Shown here piece after piece: positions 52,075 to 64,000 of a stretch of 64,000 nucleotides of DNA (its first letter is position 1; each line of letters opens with the position of its first letter). Below the pieces are notes generated by a model. That model was not told the DNA's origin. It worked only from the letters and a program-made list of their open reading frames with translations, and ran no database searches. Origin of the DNA: Chiloscyllium plagiosum. Lineage: Eukaryota. Location: contig NC_057719.1 of NCBI RefSeq assembly GCF_004010195.1, positions 68,686,622 to 68,750,621 on the forward strand, read 5' to 3'. A program made the position numbers and the translations under genes.

Positions 52075-52961
52075 NNNNNNNNNNNNNNNNNNNNNNNNNN
52101 NNNNNNNNNNNNNNNNNNNNNNNNNNNNNNNNNNNNNNNNNNNNNNNNNNNNNNNNNNNNNNNNNNNNNNNNNNNNNNNNNNNNNNNNNNNNNNNNNNNN
52201 NNNNNNNNNNNNNNNNNNNNNNNNNNNNNNNNNNNNNNNNNNNNNNNNNNNNNNNNNNNNNNNNNNNNNNNNNNNNNNNNNNNNNNNNNNNNNNNNNNNN
52301 NNNNNNNNNNNNNNNNNNNNNNNNNNNNNNNNNNNNNNNNNNNNNNNNNNNNNNNNNNNNNNNNNNNNNNNNNNNNNNNNNNNNNNNNNNNNNNNNNNNN
52401 NNNNNNNNNNNNNNNNNNNNNNNNNNNNNNNNNNNNNNNNNNNNNNNNNNNNNNNNNNNNNNNNNNNNNNNNNNNNNNNNNNNNNNNNNNNNNNNNNNNN
52501 NNNNNNNNNNNNNNNNNNNNNNNNNNNNNNNNNNNNNNNNNNNNNNNNNNNNNNNNNNNNNNNNNNNNNNNNNNNNNNNNNNNNNNNNNNNNNNNNNNNN
52601 NNNNNNNNNNNNNNNNNNNNNNNNNNNNNNNNNNNNNNNNNNNNNNNNNNNNNNNNNNNNNNNNNNNNNNNNNNNNNNNNNNNNNNNNNNNNNNNNNNNN
52701 NNNNNNNNNNNNNNNNNNNNNNNNNNNNNNNNNNNNNNNNNNNNNNNNNNNNNNNNNNNNNNNNNNNNNNNNNNNNNNNNNNNNNNNNNNNNNNNNNNNN
52801 NNNNNNNNNNNNNNNNNNNNNNNNNNNNNNNNNNNNNNNNNNNNNNNNNNNNNNNNNNNNNNNNNNNNNNNNNNNNNNNNNNNNNNNNNNNNNNNNNNNN
52901 NNNNNNNNNNNNNNNNNNNNNNNNNNNNNNNNNNNNNNNNNNNNNNNNNNNNNNNNNNNNN
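52075..52961. other. Assembly gap (887 N)
   Basis: Run of N characters. Confidence 1.
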
Positions 52962-54475
52962 GAAGATGGACTGTTCCACATATCCTACGAAGAGGCAGAC
53001 ATAGCTGGGGCCCTCATTGTCCCACAACCCCGCACCGCCCGTTTCCACCTCCTGCCCAAAATCCACAAACCTGACTGCCCCGGCCGACCCATTGTCTCAG
53101 CCTGCTCCTGCCCCACCGAACTCATTTCTGCATACCTCGACACGGTCCTGACCCCCTTAGTCCAAGAACTCCCCACCAACGTTCGGGACACCACCCATGC
53201 CCTCCACCTCCTCCATGATTTTCGCTTCCCCGGCCCCCAACGCCTTATCTTCACCATGGACATCCAGTCTCTATACACCTCCATATCCCATCACGAACGC
53301 CTCAAAGCCTTCCGCTTCTTCCTTTCCCGCTGAACCAACCAGTACCCTTCCACTGACGCCCTCCTTCGACTGACTGAACTGGTCCTCACTCTGAACAACT
53401 TCTCTTTCCAATCCTCCCACTTCCTCCAAACCAAAGGAGTAGCTATGGGCACCCGCATGGGCCCCAGCTATGCCTGCCTCTTTGTTGGATATGTGGAACA
53501 GTCCATCTTCCGCAGCTACACTGGCACCACCCACCACCTTTTCCTCCCCTACATCGATGACTGTATCGTCGCTACCTCATGCTCCCACAAGGAGGTTGAA
53601 CAGTTCATCCACTTTACTAACACCCTCCACCCCGACCTCAGATTTACCTGGACCGTCTCAGACTCCTCCCTCCCCTTCCTAGACCTCTCCATTTCTACCT
53701 CGGACGACCGACTCAACACGGACGTATACTATAAACCGGCTGACTCGCACAGCTACCTAGATTGCACCTCCTCCCATCCTGCCCCCTGTAAAAATGCCAT
53801 CCCATATTCCCAATTCCTTCGCCTTCGCCGCATCTGCAGCAAAAGGACCAATTCCAATACTGAACAACCCAGAGGGCCTTCTTCTTCAAAGACCGCAATT
53901 TCCCCTCAGACATGGTTGATGATGCTCTCCACCGCATCTCCTCCACTTCCCGCTCCTCCGCCCTTGAACCCCACCCCTCCAATGGCCACCAGGACAGAAC
54001 CCCACTGGTCCTCACCTACCACCCCACCAACCTCCAGATACATCATATCATCCTTCGTCATTTTTGCCACCTCCAAACGGACCACACCACCAAGGATATA
54101 TTGCCCTCCCCACCTCTATCAGCATTCCGGAAAGACCACTCCCTCCGCGACTCCCTCGTCAGATCCACACACCCCCACCAACCCAACCTCCACTCCCGGC
54201 ACCTTCCCCTGCTACCACAAGAAATGCAAAACTTGCGCCCACACCTCCCCCCTCATTGCCCTCCAAGGCCCCACCCCCACCTTTTCTCAGTCCCAACCCT
54301 CAGACTCAGCACCACCTTCTTGACCTGCAATCTTCTTCCTGACCTCTCCGCCCCCATCCCCTCTCCGACCTATCACCCTCACCTTAATCTCCTTCCACCT
54401 TTCGTATTCCCAACGCCCCTCCCCCAAGTCCCTCCTCCCTACCTTTTATCTTAGCCTGCTTGACACACCCTAGTC

Positions 54476-54511
54476 ATTCCTGAAGAAGGGCTTATGCCTG
54501 AAACGTCGATT
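54476..54511 (+). ncRNA. Minimal hammerhead ribozyme motif, Neptune-type pLTR
   Basis: ATTC-CTGAAGA-A-GGGC(TTAT)GCCT-GAAA-CG-TC-GATT. Confidence 0.72.
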
Positions 54512-57500
54512 CTCCTGTTCCTTTGATGCTGCCTGACCTGCTGCACTTTTCCAGCAACACATTTTTAAGCATATAGATATACATAATTATTCTTTCTTTT
54601 TTTTGGTGTGAATAATTAACTGTTTCTCCTGAGCATATGATGACAGTCACTCTTGCTGGTTGTTTACATATTCCTGAAGTAGTTCACTGTTTAGCAGCTA
54701 ATATTTTTCTTCCTCTCCATTTCCTTTGCAATTTAATTTGAAGGTTATGTGGAAGCCACGTGTAGATAATTATTAGTAGTCTTGAATACTGCTATGTGCA
54801 CTAGCTTTTCAGTAGATGAAAACAGTGGAGGCACTATATAATGCTGGTTGAACCACACTGCATTTAAAGCATCACAATCATTCAAATTCTAGCAATGAGA
54901 GATCATGCAAGGGTTCACAATTAAACCCTTCATGAAACTCAGCAAAATTGACATTTAGACAATTTCTGGTAGAATTCAGCCCATTAACTCTGTTTCCCTC
55001 CACAGATTCTGCCTGATCTGCTGAGTATTTCCAGCATCTGCAATATTTTGCTTTTGTAAATGTAATGTGCCCTCTTGTTTTGTTTCCCTTCTTTGATTTC
55101 TACATTCAGGTTGATTTTCTTCCCTCTTGACAGTAATGCATTTGTCATTTGCCTTGCTTTAATTTGAATTTCTTATTGAAAGCTTTGCTGCACCACTACT
55201 TGTGAGAAATATCTGCTTTGGAATTTTCGGTTGGAATTATTCCATTCTTTTCATCCTGTTGTAATTGCAAGTTTTTTTATTTACGATTTAGCTAGGTCGG
55301 TTTCCTCTTTTGATGTGTTGAAATTAAGGCTTTATTTGAATCGGTGAACTACGTTTATGTTTGACTGTTTTCCTTCTTTTCAAGTTTAAATTAAACATTA
55401 TCATGTTATGGTCACAGTATTCAAGATGTTCCAAAATACTAATATAATGCATTAACCTATTTCATTTCCTAGAACTAAATCAAGCACTGTATCTTTCCTT
55501 TTTAGACTAAATATCTGGCTGCCCTTTCCATTTAAATTACCCTTTCTTAATCTAATTTTAAATAATTAAAGTTACCCATTATTCCAACCTTATTGTTGCT
55601 ACATTTTTTCTTTAATTTATCTGTTATCCCTTTCACAATTTCTTGTTGCATTTTTGAAAAGTCTACATTACACTCTCATGAGAGTAAGAGTTCCATTTTT
55701 ATTGCTTATCTCCAACCAAAAACATTCAGCTTTTGTCCCATCTTCTATATTCTCCATATGTTATGCTGTAATGAAATCTTTAACTGCTATCTCTCCTCCA
55801 TTTTTTCCCCTCTATATCTGCTATTCCAGCTTAAGCAATATCTCCATTAATGTAATATATCATCCTTCCCCCATAGCAATTTTTTCCTCCAGCAAACCAA
55901 TTTCATTCACAGTACTTTGTGTGTACTAACGTATTTATAACTCAAGCCTTTGTCTTACTCATTTTACTCTGGCCTTCTGATTTTTTTTTCATTGTCTTTT
56001 CTATGCTCTGGGTCAGTTTTGCACTTCCTATATCTTCATCTCATGTTTCCTTTCCTTAAAGTTTCATCCTAGCTACTTCCACAGCTATGGCTTTGGGCAT
56101 AGTGATGTTCAGGTGAAGCATATCCATCGTATATAGATCACACCTTTCTTAGACCTGGTTTACCTGTGTCTGAAGCACGCTTGAACCAGTTGAGAGATGT
56201 GATAAGGCAATAATGTATACATTTAAGAGTACTTCTGGAATTTTAATTAGGGACTGCTAAACCTAAGAATGTAGATGTACAAGAAGAGGATAAATTGAAA
56301 GTATTTTCTTGTCCTTCAGAAAGTACAAAGCTTTGTCACACCTGTAGAAAAACACTGTTTGATGGTCTTTGCAAAACAGTTATAGTGTCTGCTTCAAAGT
56401 AATTTGACAAATTGCACTTAGAAACTTGTTTGCATGATAGGAGAAATAACAAAGCTGAATTTGTGCTCAAAATTTATAGTAGTGGAGCATCAGTGAAATA
56501 CAAATTCTATATTGGAGCTCTTATATTCCTATCAATATAGTATATACTTTGACCTTTTGATAATCCTTTGAAACTCCTTTTGTTTCCCTTTCATCATGTA
56601 CACATTAGAATTTGCAAGATACTTTTATTTAGCTGTAATTGTGTTCTCATACTCATTTCACTTTGAGAGCAACAAAAGGCTTTGACTCTTGATGACATGC
56701 ATGCGTTTACCTCTCCATAGTAGTGACTATAATGTTGACTTGTTTAAGCTCATGATCAAAGAATCTTCTGACATATTTCTTAGATCCACCTCCCACTCCC
56801 CTGAAAGGTAAGTTTCAGTTACACAACTAAAGTTTATTAGAACAACTTTGTTTGTAAAAACAGGTAAAATTGCATTTCTAATTCATCAGTCTTAAGATAC
56901 ATAATGCAGTATGGCTGTGAAACTATAACCTTTAATGTCTTATGTGACATACGTATTTTGGGCTATTCTCAGTCCTTTTTCATTTCTTTGTTTGAAGATT
57001 TTTTTTCTGAGTGTTTGAGCAATTTTTAGTCATTTTACTGTGTTGCTTAGTTTCAAAGATGTGACAAGCACATAGAAAATTACTTTGCGGTTCAATTTTA
57101 TTGGCTGCTGCGTTTGCACAGTAACTCCAAAGAATTCTGAGCAATTGCAGTGTGATTAAAATTAATAAATTCATCTCGTTGCCTTATATTTCAGGTGGAT
57201 AAATGTGCTCATTTGTTCATTCAGTCATGTGTGCATTGTGAGAAGGTTCGTTATCGACGGATATTTCATCCTGAGCTGTTTCCTTGCGTTTTTCATCAGT
57301 GTTAGTTTACCTTTGCAGGAACAGGCTGAGAAGCAGTCTACTTTTGCCTACATGCAACCTTATTTAAATACATGTTCTGTGAATTTTCTGCAGATAGTGA
57401 GCAATGTCAGAAGTCGTAAATGTCTTATTTAAACTTTCTGTATTCTGACCTATGAGATTGCCAAGCTCAAGCAGTAGATTTTGTGACATTTTTGGAATTT

Positions 57501-57678
57501 AAAATGTTGTATTCATATGCACTGGTGATTTAAAATATATTTTAACTTCTGCAATGTAAGCATTAATTTCTCTGGCACAACTGTTAGATACACTCAAAAG
57601 AATCCATAAAAATCAACCCCAACTGTGTTACGACCTTTATAAGATTAACTTCTGAAAACAAAACACTTTCTAATCATT

Positions 57679-57785
57679 GTTAAAAATCACGCAACACCAG
57701 GTTATAGTCCAACAGGTTTAATTGGAAGCACACTAGCTTTCGGAGCGACGCTCCTTCATCAGTCCAACACCGGCATCTCCAAATC
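57679..57785. mobile_element. Family B hammerhead element with 5' inversion
   Basis: Inverted body 57679-57762 joined through a CAG microhomology to the forward 3' end CAGTCCAACACCGGCATCTCCAAATC. Flanked by CTTTCTAATCAT at 57666-57677 and 57785-57796. Confidence 0.9.
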
Positions 57786-58357
57786 TTTCTAATCATGGCA
57801 GTGTAACATGTAATATCAATCCTTGTAAAATGAAATATTTTATTGTAAATTTGATTCTCTTTTATTTTATTTTTCTAACTAATATACTTTTATAACATTT
57901 TATGAACTTTGAATCAAAGTTCTTACTCATTGGAAATAATGTACACCTGTATTTTCTGTGTAGCTCTCGTCAACAACTTATGTATAATAATTATAAAACT
58001 GTGAAGTACATGCATAGTGCAGTAAGAAAAAATGCGTAAGTATTGTATGATAAGAAGTTGAGAGTTAATTGTTGAGCAGCTGCTGTTAGTGTTTCAATTC
58101 CAGTAATTTTGAAAAAAGTAAATTTCTGAACTAGCCCAGGGAAAGAGAGGATTTATAGGCATAAGCCAGGAAATAGATTGGTGAGTAATGATGAACAATT
58201 TCTACCTTCTCCAAACTCCGGTTTTTAGTTAAATTAAAACTGAAATAATTAGTTACAATAAGTAAAGTAACCTAAAATTGTAAGTTGGGGAATGGCAGGG
58301 CAGCTTGGTCAAGCAGAATGCCAATCCTGCAGTGTGCAGGGACATGTAGACATTTCT

Positions 58358-60101
58358 CTGACCAAACCTGTGCTGTACTGGGCAGGAAGATCCGCTGAGA
58401 GTCTCGCACTCCTCAGGGATACGATCGCCTACGTGCAGAACAGAGGGATGGACACCTGCCTCATCAGCCTGGACCGGGAGAAAGCCTTTGACAGGATATC
58501 ACACAGGTATATGAGAGATGTTCTCTCCAAAATGGGCTTTGGGGAGGGAATCTGCAAGTGGATCAGACTGCTCTACACCAACATTGTCAGTGCAATCTCA
58601 ATCAATGGGTGGGAATCAGATAGCTTCCTTCCCAGTCAGATCTGGAGTCAGGCAGGGCTGCCCTCTCTCTCTCCTGCCTTGTTTGTGTGCTGCATAGAGC
58701 CATTTGCTGAGTCCATCAGGAAGGATGCGAGCCTGAGAGGAGTGACTATTCCTGGCAGTGGGGGCCTACAGGTTAAGGCCTCCCTGTACATGGACGACAT
58801 CGCCGTTTTCTGCTCCGATCCGCTATCCGTGCACAGACTCATGTGCATATGTGACCAGTTCTGATGGGCTTTGGGGGCCAAGGTAAACCGAGGCAAGAGC
58901 GAGGCCATGCTCTTCGGGAACTGGGCGGACCAATCCTCGATCCCCTTCACCGTCAGGACCGACCACCTGAAGGTGCTGGGTATTTGGTTCGGGGGTGCTG
59001 GGGCGTGCGCCAAGTTTTGTGAGGAGCATATCAGCAAAGTGAGGCAGAAACTGTGCAGATGGAAGTTACAGTCGCTCTCCATCGCAGGAAAAAACCTGGT
59101 CATCAGGTGTGAGGCCCTGTCATTGCTGTTGTACGTGGCACAGGTCTGGCCTATTCCCAAAACCTGTGCCGCTGTAGTCACACAGGCCATCTTCCAATTT
59201 ATATGGAGATGTTCCGTATCACCTGTCCTTCGTGGAGAAGTTTATGAAGAAAAACACCTTTGACCACAAGTCCATCAGGAAGTGGTCAGCACGTAGTGTC
59301 CCTGAGACCCTTCGGGAAAAGGAGAGGGCGGATCCTATCGAGCGGTTCCCTGAGCAGATTGTCAAAGTCATTTGGCAGAATGCCTCATCGCCAGAACTTT
59401 CCAACAAGCACCAAGACATGGCTTGGCTGATGGTGAGAAGGGCTCTGCCTGTGAGATCCTTTATGCATGCCCGGACTCTCTCCCGCACCGCACGCTACCC
59501 TCGAAGCGGCTGCGGGGGGGAGGAGACTGTCACACACCTCCTTCTGGAATGTGCCTATGAAGGAGAAGTCTGGAGAAGAATGCAGTGGTGTTTGTCGAGG
59601 TTCGTCCCGAGTAACACCGTGACGCGGGACTCCGTGCTTTATAGTCTGTTCCCCGGGACACACACCGAGACAAACATCAACTGCGCCTGGAGGATCATCA
59701 ACTCGGTGAAGGACACTCTCTGGGGGGTCCAAAACCTGTTGATCTTCCAGCTGAAGGAGTTGACCCCGACTGAGTGCTGCAGACTGGCACAATCCAAGGT
59801 CCAGGATTACGTGTTGAGGGATGCGCTGAAGCTTGGGGCAGCTGCCGCCAAGGTGCAGTGGGGAAAGACCACCGTGTAACATCTCCCTGCCTAAGAAGAA
59901 CAGGGGGCCCACCCAGTCATTTGGGCTCTGCTGACGCCTCAGCAGATGAGATGGATAGTAAATGTACAGACTTGTATGTATGAAAAATAAATTTCGATGT
60001 CTGTATGTAAAGCAATGTAATGTGTGCACAAGAATAGCATGACCAATTGTATAGAGATCCAAATAATTTTATGAATAAATATATTTTTGAAACAAAAAAA
60101 A
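58358..60101 (+). mobile_element. Tx1/L1-clade LINE, 5'-truncated, ORF2 pseudogene
   Basis: LISLDREKAFDRISH, KMGFG, SLYMDDI, LKVLGIWFG, LSIAGKNLVI and C-terminal zinc-knuckle remnant PRSGCGGEETVTHLLLEC. Stop at 59879, AATAAA at 60074, A-tail. Contains stops, frameshifts and an internal deletion near 59205. Confidence 0.92.
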
Positions 60102-60502
60102 TGATTTAGATGAGCCCATGTGCAGGAAATGTCACTAACAAGTCAAGCTTGCTCGACTAGTGATAGAGTCACTGAGACACATATATGAGGCAGAAAATGA
60201 TGTGGATAGCACATTCAGACAGATGGTTCAATTGCTAATTAGGGGCAAGCAGGCAGATAGGAACTAGTTGATCACCCAGCAAGTTAAGAGAAACAGGTAG
60301 TGTAGAATTGCCCAGAGGTCCCACTCACTAACTGTTTTCTATACTGTATGTTGGTGAAAGAGATAGATCTTTGCGAGTGTGCAGCAAGATCCAAGCCTTG
60401 GCAGAATGGCAGCCCATCTGACAGTCGGGGAGGAAGTAGAGTGAAAGGGCCATACTGAGAGAAAATTCTAGCTACTTCTCAGCTTCTACTGAGAGAAATG
60501 AT

Positions 60503-60703
60503 TAGCTACTTCCACAGCTATGGTTTTCGTCATGGTGATGTTCAGGTGAAGCATATCCATCATCTAGAGATCACACCTTTCTTAGACCTGGTTTACCAGT
60601 GTCTGAAGCACGCTTGAACCAGTTGAGAGATGTGATGAGGCAATAATGTATACATTTAAGAGTACTTCTGGAATTTTAATTAGGGACTGCTAAACCTAAG
60701 AAT
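60503..60703 (+). repeat. 201-bp direct duplicate of 56070-56270
   Basis: TAGCTACTTCCACAGCTATGG...GGACTGCTAAACCTAAGAAT in both copies, about 9 substitutions. Confidence 0.93.
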
Positions 60704-61520
60704 AGGTATGAAAGTGTTGTGGTCCTACACTTGGAAGTTAGAGAGTTAAGTGAAAATTTAGCAAGCAGAACTTCAAATAGTAATCTTCACTTTATTCCCA
60801 GAGGCACATGAAAGAGAGTATAGAAAGAGGAAGATAATACAGATTAATGCATAGTTGGAAAGATAGTGCAGGAGAGAGGCCTTTAGATTTTTTGCATACT
60901 GGGGCTGACTCTGGAGAAATTGTGTTCGCTAATATGTTGCATCGAAACAGAGCCAGGCCTGAGTTCCTTGTGGCACATTTTGCTAGTGCTGTTGAGAAGT
61001 TTTTGAACTAATTGAGCAGGGGTGTAGGTCCAGTCGAGAACTTTGGAAAGGCATCCAAGGAGCACAAAGTGCTGGAGAGAAGCATATAGCATTTAAATCT
61101 TAAAAGTCTAAGTTTAAAGTTGGAATTAGTAAGGGAGAATGTAATAAAGATCACACTGTAACATGAGAATGCGTGGAGCATAGATTATTAGATTGGGGAG
61201 TTACAGGTACCAATTGCCTTGTGGGATTATGATGTTGAAGCAATCACAAGACCTGGCCTATGGGAAAGGTAAATCTCGGTGTTAAGTATTCCTGGTTACA
61301 AGGTGTTCAGAAAAGCTAGAAGAAGGAAAAAAATTGAAAGATGGTGTTTTTGGTTAAGGAGATTTTTGCAGTACAGGAGAGGGAGGATGTTTCATAGGAT
61401 TCAAGAATAGAATCAATTTGGCTAGAGCAAAGGAATAAGATGAGTGCAGTTACATTCCTCAGTGCAATCTAGAGGAAGAATATAGAGGAACAAACCTGAA
61501 AGGAAATTCGAGATGTGTAA

Positions 61521-61592
61521 GTGCAAACTCCACACACCTGGAACCCTGGTGCTGTGAGGCAGCAGTGCTAACCACTAAGCCCCCTGCCGCCC
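61521..61592 (-). mobile_element. HE1 SINE 5' fragment
   Basis: GTGCAAACTCCACACA...GCTGTGAGGCAGCAGTGCTAACCACT. Confidence 0.75.
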
Positions 61593-62417
61593 TCATTACT
61601 CATATAGACTCACATATAGACAGAAACGTGATAGTGTAAGGAGCAGTGAATACAAGTGTTTCCAGACTGTGTTCAGGAGAATTTCCAAAGCAATATGTAT
61701 CAAGTCCAATAAGGAAGGACGTACCATCAGATTCTTGGGAATGAGGTGGACCATGTAGATCAAGTGCCAGTCAAAGAACAATTAACGCTGTAGCAATCAT
61801 TTTAGGATATGGTAGAAAATGATGTAAATCAGTCTCGAGTAAGAATGATCAACTGCAGGACTTCAACGGGACAAGAACAAAGCAGATTCGGACAGGCTGG
61901 AACCAAAAATTGATGGGAAAACACAGTGGCTGAATAATGGGATGCCTTCAGAGAGATGGTTTGGGTACAGTCAAGGTATATTACCTCAAAAGGGAGAGGT
62001 AGGAAAACAAGCCTAGATCTCCCTGGAAGACAAAAGAAGTAAGAAATTAAGTTTAAGAAGAAAAAATGTACTTTTGGAAGGCGTTAGGGAGTAAACACAT
62101 TCGCAAGCCAAGATGAGTGCAAAAGGTTTGAAAGGGAGCTGATAAAGTAAATGCGAGAAGAAAGAGAGGTTATGAGAAAACACAGGTAGTTAACATCGAA
62201 AAAAGTGTTTAGAGCCTACTATAAGCACATCAATAGTAAAGGGTTTCTAAAAGGAGGTGTCAACTGATTGGGATGATCAAGGCTCTTACACTTAGAGACA
62301 AGAAGTCTAACCAAGGTGGTAAGTGAATGCTTTTCATCCTTTTTACATACAAGACAGATGCCACCAGTCGTGGTAAGAGAAGAGAAAATTAAGTCATTAG
62401 AAATTGATAAGTCTGAA

Positions 62418-62642
62418 TGTAGTAACTGGAACAAGGTCAGTTAATTTGATCTCAGAGAACATGAGTTCCCTGATTGAACCAGTTTAACAGCCTCAGCTGG
62501 CTGACAGATATAAACAGAAGAGTCAGGGGTTCTGTTCACTCCAGGAGCCAGCTCTGAGCTGGTAGGATCAATGTTATATACTGTGCACATGTAAATAAAG
62601 GGTGACTTGGGAACGGGACACTGGTCTTTCAGAATTATTTCA
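62418..62642 (+). mobile_element. Solo LTR, copy 2, nested in CR1
   Basis: Runs TGTAGT...ATTTCA with TATAAA and AATAAA. Flanked by CTGAA / CAGAA (degenerate 5-bp TSD). Confidence 0.75.
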
Positions 62643-64000
62643 CAGAAGAATTAGATAAGCTGTCAGTACTTTAAATGAATAAGGCACCAGGACTGGATGG
62701 AATATATCCAGGATACTGAAGGAGAATAGAAATAGCAAACGTATTATTAATAATCTTTCACTCTTGCTTGGATTTGGTATTGTGCCAGAGGACTGGAGAA
62801 TTGTAAACAATACGTCTATGTTCAAAACAGTTTGTAAAGATTGACTCAGCAATTGACGATTACTTAGGAAGAATTTGGAGTATCTGTACTCTTGCTTTTA
62901 TCAGATATATATCTGAGATAAGTCTTGGTGCACAGGGACAGTTTCAAAATTTGCAAATGGCACAAAGCTTGGAAGCATTGTAAACTGAGGAGGACAAGGA
63001 GAACTTCAGAAGAACGTTGCTACATTGGAGGGGGCAGTTTGTGATAGATAAATGGCAATGTAAACAAACATGAGGTGATGCATTCTGATACAAGAACATG
63101 GAGAGACAGTGAGAAAATAGTGTATAGGAGCAGAGAAACCTGGGGGTACACATGAGTGCATCATTAAAAGTGGCAGGACAGGTAGAGGAAGCTGTTAATG
63201 AAACAGACAATATTCTCGGCTTCATAAATGCAGGCATAGAATGCAAGATCAGGGTGGTTAAGTTGAACTTGTATAAGGCACAGGTTTGACCTTTGTTGAT
63301 ATTGTGTGCAGTTCTGGGTGCCACACAATGGGAAGGATATGATTAAGTGCAGAAGATATTTACAAGAATGGTCCCAGGGATGAGAAACTTCCATTATGAT
63401 AAAAGATTGCAGAAGTCGGGACTATTCCTCCTTGAAGAGGAGAAGGCTATGAAGATTTCACAGAAAATTTCAAAATGATGAGGGGTCTGGGAGAAAGTGT
63501 GACCACTCATAAACCATTTGAGACCCAGAAGGCTCAGTTTTAAAGTATTTTGCAAAAGAAATATCTGAGTGAGAAAACGCTGCTTCACACAGTGAATATT
63601 TGGGGTCTGGAATGTACTTCTTGGAAGTGTAATGGAGGCAGGTTCAACTGAGGCAATCAAGAAGGCCATTAGATAAAAATTTTAAAAATTATTTTAAATA
63701 GAAACAGTATGCAGGGTTTTGGAGAAAATGTGACACTACATTCAAATAAACAGAGACCAGTGCAACCTTTTGCACTATGACAATTGTCTGTTTCCATGAA
63801 GTTAGCTGATTTAATGACACAGAGATAAATGGATTTGATTTAAAGCCATGGTAACCAAGGTTGTGCACTAAATGTTCCTAGGTACTTGACGTTTTGAAAA
63901 GAATGGCAAAGTAGAAAAGGAAGGAAGGGAGGGTTGCTTTAGGGGGGTGCACAGTAATGAGGCAGGATCTTGGCTCAGAAGAGTACGAATAAAATCAATA

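Larger units (their letters stand above)
51842..54570. mobile_element. Neptune-type PLE, palindromic insertion (minus arm 51842 to about 53013, plus arm about 53012-54570) with RT pseudogene
   Basis: RT motifs LLPKIHKPDCPGRPIVS, FTMDIQSLYT, MGTRMGPSYACLF, YIDDC and LPFLD, plus Cys linker CYHKKCKTC. GIY-YIG deleted near 54272. Direct repeat GCATATAGATATACAT at 51826-51841 and 54569-54584. Confidence 0.93.
58060..63800 (+). mobile_element. Long decayed CR1 (5' UTR, ORF1, ORF2, 3' end) hosting nested insertions
   Basis: ORF1 start MAGQLGQAECQSC resumes after 60101 (TGCAGGAAATGT, CRKC). Endonuclease remnants NAWSI and IPGYKVFR near 61170-61310, RT remnants near 62690-63460. Boundaries approximate. 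Confidence 0.7.

Noticed and set aside
51911..53333. Long ORFs of 310-443 aa in the ORF track
   Set aside because: Artefacts of translating through the 887-N gap.
44134..64000. Next DPH6 exon (expected GLxPxKHLGK-like peptide)
   Set aside because: Not found by eye. It probably lies beyond the window.

Overview
Vertebrate genomic DNA, almost certainly from a shark or other elasmobranch (inferred from HE1-type SINEs and HER1/CR1 LINEs). The window lies inside the + strand gene DPH6 (diphthine--ammonia ligase). Two internal coding exons are visible (38355-38428 and 44015-44133), and the rest appears intronic. The introns are dense in retroelements: decayed CR1 LINEs, a Tx1/L1-clade LINE, HE1 and other tRNA-derived SINEs, solo LTRs, and two coding families of Penelope-like elements (PLEs), many inserted as head-to-head palindromes flanked by target-site duplications (TSDs). 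The most notable observations are: (1) a CR1 fragment at about 9737-10028 with dense A-to-G hypermutation, resembling an ADAR-hyperedited RNA copied back into the genome inside a chimeric PLE insertion; (2) a non-coding element of about 130 bp, in 4 copies, built around a minimal hammerhead ribozyme (retrozyme-like); (3) minimal hammerheads in both coding PLE families; (4) several local templated duplications and foldback scars; (5) candidate conserved enhancers, a candidate 24-nt microexon and a pre-miRNA-like hairpin. An 887-N assembly gap sits inside one PLE palindrome. All alignments and counts were done by eye.
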